Shown: in pieces, positions 8,760 through 16,292 of the stretch
Layout of the letters: every line of letters starts with the position of its first letter
Position numbering within the stretch: position 1 is the stretch's first letter
IMG/VR virus record: IMGVR_UViG_3300032334_000450
Coordinates: 1 to 58,325 of that record
Length of the DNA: 58,325 bases
Direction: 5' to 3' (one strand)
Source: a virus
Lineage: Duplodnaviria > Caudoviricetes
The notes under the pieces: model-generated
Database searches by the model: none
Told to the model about the DNA's origin: nothing
The model's input: only the letters and a program-made list of their open reading frames with translations
Position numbers and translations under genes: made by a program

Positions 8760-9340
8760 TCAAGGGCTGTATAAATTAGTCCCATAAAAGATGTGGTGTG
8801 GTTGTTGTAAAAGTGGTCGTGTGTAAATTAGTCCCATACCACAACATATGAGAATGATTAAAAATATGGAAAATTCTGTAGGATGTTTGGCGTTTTTGGA
8901 AAATAGTTTGCAAATTAGTTAGATTTAGTCAGAAATAGTCGGCAATTAGTTTGGAAAAACGTCGCAAGTCCTTGATTTTAAAGACTTTAGTCAATTAGTC
9001 AGCTTTTCAGCCGAGAGAGAGAGACGTCAGGAGGAGTTGGGGGGTATCGGCGGGCAGAACTAATCTAAAACAAAAAACTTTTCAACTTTCCTCTCTTGTT
9101 TACCAATCTATTATCTATTTAACTAATCTTATAAATATATATACCTACTATGCAATGTCCAATGCAAAAAAGTCCTTTAAAATCAACAACTTAGCTCATC
9201 TGGGCAACATGTGTACAATTTAACGTCAAAATAGTTTAGATTTTGTAAGTTTCGTGTAATCTAAAAAAGCGACCACTTACGTCGCAACCCGCATGAATGC
9301 TTGATTCTTGCCAATCTAAAAATTTCCATGCACATCCAGA
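8760..9340. other. AT-rich non-coding region, candidate replication origin
   Basis: no ORF in track; oppositely oriented ATTAG/CTAAT short repeats; two IHF-consensus matches. Confidence 0.55.
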
Positions 9341-9341
9341 C

Positions 9342-9357
9342 TAATCCCGCGGGATTA
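9342..9357. repeat. palindromic repeat copy 8 (TAATCCCGCGGGATTA, flanks inverted)
   Basis: flanked C...A instead of T...G. Confidence 0.95.
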
Positions 9358-9506
9358 AACGCCCGAAATTCGTCGCTCATACGTCATACGTCGCATAACC
9401 TTACCGCGTACAGCGTACGTCGTTGCATACTGGGCCGCGCGTGATAGTAGTTGGTGCAGGGCGCATGCATGATAGTAGTTAGGTATTGGGGCAAAAATTT
9501 TTGACG

Positions 9507-9529
9507 AAAAAAAGCCCCCGAAGGGGCTT
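9507..9529 (-). terminator. intrinsic terminator after 9545..10192
   Basis: AAGCCCC-TTCG-GGGGCTT followed by T-run on minus strand. Confidence 0.85.
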
Positions 9530-9544
9530 GGCCGGTAAACCGGT

Positions 9545-10192
9545 TTAGATTGACGCGGCACCTTTTACAGTTTTGCCTTTGGCCGCCTTATTGACGCTAT
9601 AACCAAGGGTTATTAAATGCGCCACAATGCGTGGGTGAAAAACCGCGTCTTTGAAATAAATTTCAAAATCATCTAACCAAGCCGAAAATTTATCGGTTTC
9701 GGTTTTGACCATATCGGGCGCGGCCGCGGCCGCGGGTGTTGCGGCTTTGGGTGTTGATTTCCGGCCGCCGCCGGTTTTTCGGCCAATCCCGTGCGTTTCG
9801 CGAACTTGCTTGGCCGCGTCTTTCATTGCATGCTTGGGCATGTTAACGGCTTCGGCCGCTGTAGTTGGTGTGTCCACTTTTTTGCCGTCTTTGCCAATGG
9901 TGTTCACCATGACGGGACATTGTGCGGCCGCATGCAAAGTTAACGCGTCAACAAATAGTGATTTCACGTTATGGCCGGCCGCGGTGAAATCGGCCGCATA
10001 CAATGCCACAACTGCCCCGATTCTTTCCCCAATGGGTTTCGCGGGATCAAGTTGCGCGGCGGCCGCGGCGGCGGCTTCTTTGCATTTGGCCAACATGCTT
10101 TGGGCGGCTTGGCCGGCTTCATTAATCAACGTGCCGATGGCCGCGTCGCGTGTTGCCACTGTAGCAGTGGCGGCTTTGATTGCTTTGCTCAT
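9545..10192 (-). CDS. Ala/Lys-rich early protein of unknown function (monocistronic)
   Basis: 215 aa; AGGA RBS; own promoter candidate and terminator. Confidence 0.85.
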   Translation of the reverse strand: MSKAIKAATATVATRDAAIGTLINEAGQAAQSMLAKCKEAAAAAAAQLDPAKPIGERIGAVVALYAADFTAAGHNVKSLFVDALTLHAAAQCPVMVNTIGKDGKKVDTPTTAAEAVNMPKHAMKDAAKQVRETHGIGRKTGGGRKSTPKAATPAAAAAPDMVKTETDKFSAWLDDFEIYFKDAVFHPRIVAHLITLGYSVNKAAKGKTVKGAASI

Positions 10193-10259
10193 GATGAGTG
10201 TCCTATTAAGTAAATGCCCTAGAAACCCCTAGGCGGGTATGCCTCGTTGGCATGGGTCA

Positions 10260-10289
10260 ATTATAACCGATATCTGGCCAACATGTCCA
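10260..10289 (-). promoter_or_regulatory. putative sigma70 promoter for 9545..10192
   Basis: TGGACA-18 bp-TATAAT on minus strand. Confidence 0.6.
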
Positions 10290-10300
10290 CCACATAGCAT

Positions 10301-10316
10301 TAATCCCACGGGATTA
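10301..10316. repeat. palindromic repeat copy 9
   Basis: TAATCCCACGGGATTA, 11 bp upstream of putative -35. Confidence 0.95.
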
Positions 10317-10455
10317 GGCCGGTCGCGGGTGATAGTAGTTAAGGCTCCTGCGTCGTTCGTCACGCGCCGTGCGTCGCATACTGGAATGTCAGTGGATACT
10401 AACTTAGCCATGTTGTCAAGCCCAACGCGTGATAGTAGTGATGATAGTTTGAACG

Positions 10456-10480
10456 AAAAAAAGCCCACTTTCGTGGGCTT
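10456..10480 (-). terminator. intrinsic terminator
   Basis: AAGCCCAC-GAAA-GTGGGCTT plus T-run on minus strand. Confidence 0.85.
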
Positions 10481-10484
10481 GGCT

Positions 10485-10580
10485 TCAGAAGAAGAGGACA
10501 TCAAAGTAATGCAGGGCTAGCGCAGTGAGCGCGAGGCCCACTGCAACCGCGCTCAGGATATCAAGAGCATTGGATTTCAT
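10485..10580 (-). CDS. 31-aa membrane peptide MKSNALDILSAVAVGLALTALALHYFDVLFF
   Basis: translated by hand; GAGG RBS; ends just before terminator. Confidence 0.65.
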   Translation of the reverse strand: MKSNALDILSAVAVGLALTALALHYFDVLFF

Positions 10581-11076
10581 AAACTGCGACCTCTTCGAAT
10601 TTGGTGCCGGTCTGCACTTTTTTGCAGGACTCAGAACCGTCCGCGATATTGGCTTCGACTCGCAACATCACGTCAACCGAACCGATTGTGGCTTGGAAAC
10701 GATAAACACGTGATGCACAATATTCCAGAGCGTAATCATGAGAGCCGATGGCTTCGAAGCCATAAGTGCCGATGGCTTCAAGCAAAGCTGGCACTGCACC
10801 ATCACGCAGAGAATCGACAGTGTCTTCAATTGAAATTTGCAATTCGTTTTTGTAGTTGCCTGTCCATGAAAGCCATGTTGAAGGGCGAGCATAAAAATGC
10901 TTAGAAAAACCGATGTCCTTTGCATTTTCAATTATCGCGTTGACCACCGCATAAGCTGGCACGAATGCCTGCGCTTGGGACTCGAGCTCTTTCAGCTCAT
11001 TACGCTTTTCGACCAATGCCTCACGCTTTTCTTTAATAGCGCGTGCGAATGAAACGGGTTTTGCAATTCTAGCCAT
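10561..11076 (-). CDS. hypothetical early protein
   Basis: 171 aa; AAGGA RBS; TATAAT at 11139..11144 upstream. Confidence 0.8.
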   Translation of the reverse strand: MARIAKPVSFARAIKEKREALVEKRNELKELESQAQAFVPAYAVVNAIIENAKDIGFSKHFYARPSTWLSWTGNYKNELQISIEDTVDSLRDGAVPALLEAIGTYGFEAIGSHDYALEYCASRVYRFQATIGSVDVMLRVEANIADGSESCKKVQTGTKFEEVAVYEIQCS

Positions 11077-11379
11077 GATTAAAATTCCTTTAAGTAAGTG
11101 AGTTGAATTTTGTTTGGCCTCTTTCGTCCATGTAGGGAATTATACGCGGATTAGGGATTATGTATAGGTCTGTACTGTAATTCTGGCCACCTGCGCGTGA
11201 TAGTAGGCCACCCCCCACAGGACACCCACCCCGCCCCCCCGGCCCCCTAGGCTGTATCCGTCACTCTCATAACAAGGTCAATTTTTTAGATTCCTTTATC
11301 TACCCAACATCTCCACCACTTAATTTTTATACCCCCAAGCCCCTCTTGACAATCCCAAAATTTTTTGGCAAATTTTTAG

Positions 11380-11409
11380 TGGACACTGTTTAAATAACCA
11401 TGTTATATT
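11380..11409 (+). promoter_or_regulatory. putative promoter for terminase operon
   Basis: TGGACA-18 bp-TATATT with TG extension; ATG 6 nt downstream. Confidence 0.5.
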
Positions 11410-11415
11410 GCACGC

Positions 11416-11961
11416 ATGAACAATTCAATCAATGCCGATCAGGTGTTGCGCGAACTTGCACTTGCCATAGCTAGGAATAAAGTGGGGGCCATGCGCCCGA
11501 TCGCTGACGTTCTTGCAGGTGAAGGTGTAACGCAATCAGAGTACGATGCTATATCCGAAAACCCTCAGTTTATTCGGTATGTAGAGAGCTATGCTAAAGA
11601 AATGCAGGACAGTGGCTTCTCGTTTGCTGCTAAATCCCGCATTCTTGCAGAAGACTTACTCCCTACTGCGTACCATATGGTTAAAGACCCGGACACTCCA
11701 GCAGCTGTAAGGGCAAAAATCATCGAAAATTTCGTAGATTGGGGCGATCTAAAGCCTAAAAACAGTGCTATTTCAACTGCTGGCCCGGGTTTTTCGATCA
11801 CAATTAACCTTCCAAGTACTGCAAATTCGAGCCCAAAAACCATCGTTTTAGAGGCTGAGACACCCGAAAAAACCCCGAAAATTGCAGAAAATGTGCAAAA
11901 ACCGGCTTTAGTTTTGCTTGAAGACGAAAATTACGAATATGCAGGGGACGACTATTTATGA
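11416..11961 (+). CDS. terS: terminase small subunit
   Basis: directly upstream of and overlapping terL; helical N-terminus, FSITINL tail. Confidence 0.7.
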   Translation: MNNSINADQVLRELALAIARNKVGAMRPIADVLAGEGVTQSEYDAISENPQFIRYVESYAKEMQDSGFSFAAKSRILAEDLLPTAYHMVKDPDTPAAVRAKIIENFVDWGDLKPKNSAISTAGPGFSITINLPSTANSSPKTIVLEAETPEKTPKIAENVQKPALVLLEDENYEYAGDDYL

Positions 11962-13403
11962 GTGTTAACTACACCCCAGTCCCAAGCGTTACTCCCTATC
12001 TCTTATCCGATAAGTTTCAATCATTTATTGTTGGCCCTGTAGGGTCAACTAAAACAACCGCGTCTTTGATGAAAATCCCCATCGAAGCTCGGAAAGTTGC
12101 AGCATGTGCAGATGGTATAAGGCGTTCCCGCTGTGCAGTGGTGCGTAATACACGGCAAATGTTGCTTGACTCGACCATCAAAGATTTTTTAGGTTTGTTC
12201 CCAGAAGGGCAAGCGGGCGTTTACCATCGCACAGAATTACGCTTTACTTTACGCTTCGATGATGTCGAGTGCGATGTGCTGTTCAGGGGACTTGACGACG
12301 CCAACGACGTGCGTCGACTACTTTCCTTACAGTTATCGTTTGCCATGGTGGACGAGGTGCGGGAGATTAACTCAGATGTGTTTGATGCGCTGACTGGTCG
12401 TCTAGGTAGATACCCCAACGGCATGATGGTTCCGCACCGCCCACAGTGGGGCAAAGATGAGAAGGGCAACCCAGTGCAGGGTTGCGTGGATGACGAGGGT
12501 AAACAAGTTAAAAAAGTCTGGGGCGCGACCAACCCACCGGATATGGATGCACACTGGGAGCAGTACCTCACCAATGCAGACCCAGAGAAAGTGCACGTCA
12601 CCCTGCAGCCCAGTGGATTGAGCGAAGAGGCGGACTGGGTACAGCACTTACCATCTAACTACTACGAAGACTTGTGTGAGGGCAAGAGCGCTGACTGGAT
12701 CGACGTGTACGTGCATGGGCATTGGGGACGCAGTCTCTCGGGCACTCCGGTTTACCAGCGGACATTTACACAAGACTTTCACGTGGCTAAGGATAATCTT
12801 AAGCCCATACAGAACGCAGACTACCCCATCACGATCGGGATTGACTTTGGCCGCACACCTGCGGCTGTCTTCATGCAGCGAGACCCACGGGGTCGGGTAC
12901 TGGTGCTCTCCGAGCTGACCAGTGAGAACATGGGCATAGAGACGTTTATTACTACGCGCCTGCAGCCGCATATTGCAAATAAATACCCGGGCTATCAGTT
13001 CATTGCGGCTCCTGACCCAGCGGGGTTTATGAAGCAGCAGCTTAACGAGATGACACTCGTGGACGCGCTCAAGAACGCAGGGTTTAAGTGTGTGAAACCA
13101 CCGACGAACAAGCCAGACCTTCGCATACAGGCAGTCGAGCGTTTGCTGTCTAAGCAGTTAGAAGGTAAGGCGATGTTCCTCATTGATCCACGGTGCGCGG
13201 CCCTCATCAAAGGATTCCGCTCGGGCTATCGCTACAAGGTTAAGAAAAATGGCGAGATGGAAGACAGCCCAGATAAGAACGAGTCGAGCCACGTGCATGA
13301 CGCCTTGCAGTATGGAGCTTCGGTCATCGACATGAACATCAGAGGGTTTGGCATAGAAGCAAGACGCAAAGATGTTAAGAAAGTAAAATACGCATACACT
13401 TGA
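11958..13403 (+). CDS. terL: terminase large subunit
   Basis: Walker A-like GPVGSTKT, Walker B MVDE, GATNPP, nuclease GIDFGRTPA and SHVHDALQY. Confidence 0.95.
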   Translation: MSVNYTPVPSVTPYLLSDKFQSFIVGPVGSTKTTASLMKIPIEARKVAACADGIRRSRCAVVRNTRQMLLDSTIKDFLGLFPEGQAGVYHRTELRFTLRFDDVECDVLFRGLDDANDVRRLLSLQLSFAMVDEVREINSDVFDALTGRLGRYPNGMMVPHRPQWGKDEKGNPVQGCVDDEGKQVKKVWGATNPPDMDAHWEQYLTNADPEKVHVTLQPSGLSEEADWVQHLPSNYYEDLCEGKSADWIDVYVHGHWGRSLSGTPVYQRTFTQDFHVAKDNLKPIQNADYPITIGIDFGRTPAAVFMQRDPRGRVLVLSELTSENMGIETFITTRLQPHIANKYPGYQFIAAPDPAGFMKQQLNEMTLVDALKNAGFKCVKPPTNKPDLRIQAVERLLSKQLEGKAMFLIDPRCAALIKGFRSGYRYKVKKNGEMEDSPDKNESSHVHDALQYGASVIDMNIRGFGIEARRKDVKKVKYAYT

Positions 13404-13451
13404 CCGCTTGACAAGGCAGCGTACAATGCGGTAACTATTTAAGGACGACTG

Positions 13452-15551
13452 ATGGCTACAGGTATCGCTCTCATTCCAGTTGCCCGCGCAAGTGACCTTG
13501 AGGCGGAGTCAAAAAAGCGCAGTGACGCTATGCAGAATCAACCCGTGATTCAGGGATTGGCTGCGCATGTCCGCACACGTTGGGATAGCTCACGTACAGC
13601 AAAACGTAAACTTGAAGAGCGCATGCTCCAGTGTTTGCGTCAGCGTAACGGCGAGTACGATCCTGAGAAGTTGCAAGAGATCAACGAGCAGGGTGGCTCA
13701 AGTATCTACATAAACCTGACCTCAGTTAAATGCCGCGCGGCTACAAGTTGGCTGCGTGATACGTTGTTGGGTACAGGCAAAGACAAACCATGGTCGATCT
13801 CAGGAACCCCAGACCCTGACATGCCCCCAGAGATTCTGCAAGAGTTGCAGGCGCGATTGGCCAACGAGTTGATGGTTCACTTACAGCAGGGTGGAGCGCA
13901 GCCTAGCCCAGCAGAGTTGCGCACTATGGCGGCCTCGATGAAAGACGAAGCGGATCGCGAGATGCGCGAGATGTCTGAAGACCGCATAGCCCGCATGGAA
14001 CGTAAGATGGAAGACCAGTTGCAAGAAGGCGGCTGGCACAAAGCGTTCAACGAGTTTTTAGATGACATTGTTACATTCCCATATGCTGTGCTCAAGGGTC
14101 CGATCAAGCGTAAACGCAAGACTCTGAAATGGCAGAACGGCGAGTTGGTTCCTGTCGAAGAGATTCGCAACGAGTGGGAGCGCGTTGACCCATTCATGCT
14201 CTACTGGGCTCCATGGTCGTGGGACTTGGGTGATGGTTATGTGATCGAGCGTCATCGCATGACGGCTGAAGATTTGCAAGCTCTGATCGACGTGCCCGGT
14301 TACAACAACGACGCCATTCGTACAGTGCTCAACGACTTCGAAACATCGGGCATGAAAGAATGGCTGTGGACTGACGCATCCAAAGCACAAGCCGAAGGCA
14401 AGTACGTTACTGAGGCAATTATTTCTGGCGACTTGATCGATGCGATTCAGTTGTGGGATTCTGTCAAAGGCAGCTTGCTCCTAGAGTGGGGCTTGACCAA
14501 AAAAGAGATTCCTGATCCAGCGTTGAGCTACCCTTGCGAAGTGTGGTTGATTGGCACCACCGTGATCCGCGCTGTGTTGAACTACGACCCGTTGGGCCGC
14601 AAGCCTTATTACCTCACAAGCTATGAGAATCTGCCCGGTTCTGTGGACGGTAAAGGCGTGACTGACTTGTGCCGCGATGCTCAGGCGATGGTGAATGCAT
14701 CAGGCCGTGCGCTAGCAAACAACATGGGTATCAGCTCTGGCCCACAGGTTGGTATTAACATTTCTCGCTTGCCATCAGGCGAAGACATCACAGACATGCA
14801 CCCATGGAAGATTTGGCAGTTCTCGTCTTCTGACTATGGTGACAATTCTCCTCCCATCACGTTCTTCCAACCCCAGAGCAACGCCAACGAGTTGATGGCT
14901 GTGTTTGAGAAATTCTCTGCACGCGCTGACGAAGACACGATGATCCCTCGCTACATGACTGGCGAGAACACCCCCGGTGCAGGGCGCACGTCATCTGGTT
15001 TGTCCATGTTGATCTCCAACGCCGGCAAGGGTATCAAGCAGGTTATCAGTAATATCGACAAGAACGTCATCACCCCCGCCATCGAGCGCTTGTACCAAGA
15101 CAACTTGCGCTACAGCAAAGACCCTGACTTGATCGGCGACGTGAACATTGTTGCAACAGGTGCATCTAGCCTTGTGATTAAAGAAGCCGAAGCGGTTCGC
15201 CGTAACGAGTTCTTGCAGGTTGTTTTGAACAGCCCCGTTGCTCAGCAGATCGTTGGTATGGACGGCACTGCCGAGTTGCTCCGCGACCAAGCTAAGAACC
15301 TCAGTGGCAACACTGACCGCATCGTTCCTGACCGCCAGCAGTTAAGTGTTGTACAGCAGCAACAGCAAACCATTACGCAGTTGCAACAACAGTTGGCTCA
15401 GATTATGGGCGAACTCCAGAATGGAGGTATGCCTCCCGAGATGGCCGGCGGTATGACACAAGGCCCAGCCCCAAAGAATATGCTGCCCGACGGTTCGCAA
15501 GTTGGCGGACGCGAAGGTAACATGATGTCCCCAAGACCTAACGGAGTTTGA
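13452..15551 (+). CDS. portal protein (P22/podovirus-type)
   Basis: 699 aa after terL; GAGRTSSGLSML motif; Q-rich C-terminal barrel-like helix. Confidence 0.88.
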   Translation: MATGIALIPVARASDLEAESKKRSDAMQNQPVIQGLAAHVRTRWDSSRTAKRKLEERMLQCLRQRNGEYDPEKLQEINEQGGSSIYINLTSVKCRAATSWLRDTLLGTGKDKPWSISGTPDPDMPPEILQELQARLANELMVHLQQGGAQPSPAELRTMAASMKDEADREMREMSEDRIARMERKMEDQLQEGGWHKAFNEFLDDIVTFPYAVLKGPIKRKRKTLKWQNGELVPVEEIRNEWERVDPFMLYWAPWSWDLGDGYVIERHRMTAEDLQALIDVPGYNNDAIRTVLNDFETSGMKEWLWTDASKAQAEGKYVTEAIISGDLIDAIQLWDSVKGSLLLEWGLTKKEIPDPALSYPCEVWLIGTTVIRAVLNYDPLGRKPYYLTSYENLPGSVDGKGVTDLCRDAQAMVNASGRALANNMGISSGPQVGINISRLPSGEDITDMHPWKIWQFSSSDYGDNSPPITFFQPQSNANELMAVFEKFSARADEDTMIPRYMTGENTPGAGRTSSGLSMLISNAGKGIKQVISNIDKNVITPAIERLYQDNLRYSKDPDLIGDVNIVATGASSLVIKEAEAVRRNEFLQVVLNSPVAQQIVGMDGTAELLRDQAKNLSGNTDRIVPDRQQLSVVQQQQQTITQLQQQLAQIMGELQNGGMPPEMAGGMTQGPAPKNMLPDGSQVGGREGNMMSPRPNGV

Positions 15552-15552
15552 T

Positions 15553-15927
15553 ATGCGCGGAATTACTGCAACACCCACTATCGCTGGCCTGATTGTCCAG
15601 CTCTTTCATGCACGTACAAACGCGCATTTGCAACACTTGCGTACAAAAAGCTACGCAACACACGTTGCTCTGAACGAGTTTTACGACAACATTGTTGAGT
15701 TGACTGATAAATTAGCCGAGGCCACACAAGGCCGCTACGGTATTCTGGATTACCCTGAGTTGCCATACAAGGCTGAGTCTGACCCCATTATGATGATCCG
15801 CGGCTTGCGTCGTTACATTGATGAGAACCGTGACTCTATGTGCGATCACTCTGAATTGCAGAATTTGATCGACGAAATAGTTGCACAAATGGACTCTACG
15901 TTGTATAAACTTGAGAATCTATCTTGA
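15553..15927 (+). CDS. ferritin/Dps-like four-helix protein (DUF5856-like)
   Basis: HLQHLRTKSYATHVALNEFY...DKLAE..QG.YG and LQNLIDEI....LYKL motifs. Confidence 0.7.
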   Translation: MRGITATPTIAGLIVQLFHARTNAHLQHLRTKSYATHVALNEFYDNIVELTDKLAEATQGRYGILDYPELPYKAESDPIMMIRGLRRYIDENRDSMCDHSELQNLIDEIVAQMDSTLYKLENLS

Positions 15928-15952
15928 CTGTGTAAATAGTCAGTGGTATAAA
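15924..15952 (+). promoter_or_regulatory. promoter upstream of head genes
   Basis: TTGACT-17 bp-TATAAA with TG extension. Confidence 0.6.
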
Positions 15953-15960
15953 CGCGACAT

Positions 15961-16203
15961 ATGAAGATTTTTGTAGGCCAAAAGCCAGACCCCCAGCACA
16001 TGCAAGCGCTAGTCCGCTGCAAGCTAGGAGAAAACGGAGCCTTGTTGGACTTGTTCCGCAAGAAGCTAGAGGAGACTAAGAACTCCCTCGTCGTCGCAGA
16101 CGATCTAGTCAAACTGCACCGTTTACAAGGTAGGGCAGAGGTCTTAACAGATTTTCTCGAAGCGGTTGAGAAATCGCAAGAGATTTTCGACCGGGTCAGA
16201 TGA
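15961..16203 (+). CDS. small head-module protein
   Basis: RLQGRAEVL motif; position between portal and scaffold. Confidence 0.7.
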   Translation: MKIFVGQKPDPQHMQALVRCKLGENGALLDLFRKKLEETKNSLVVADDLVKLHRLQGRAEVLTDFLEAVEKSQEIFDRVR

Positions 16204-16292
16204 CCCGAATTTTGTAGTCCGAGCAAACCATTATGTGGACGGCAGACCGAAGTAGGAGCCAGAAACAGAGTTGGAGCTTTTAGGAGATATTG

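Noticed and set aside
9355-9561. 68-aa ORF ending in repeat copy 8
   Set aside because: Runs through an intrinsic terminator and the GTGATAGTAG repeats, with no clear RBS; probably spurious, so not counted among stop-codon overlaps.
2837-10316. CRISPR array or integron interpretation of the palindromic repeats
   Set aside because: Spacing is 0.4-1.4 kb and irregular, repeats are only 16-18 bp, there is no attC RYYYAAC/GTTRRRY structure, and no cas1/2 or IntI gene; the Cas4-like gene is an ordinary replication-module nuclease.
10391-10419. TTGACA on minus strand as a promoter
   Set aside because: No acceptable -10 element at 16-18 bp spacing.
12033-12059. Non-canonical terminase Walker A (GPVGSTKT) as a sign of inactivation
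   Set aside because: Lys-Thr, Walker B and nuclease motifs are intact; most likely a family variant.
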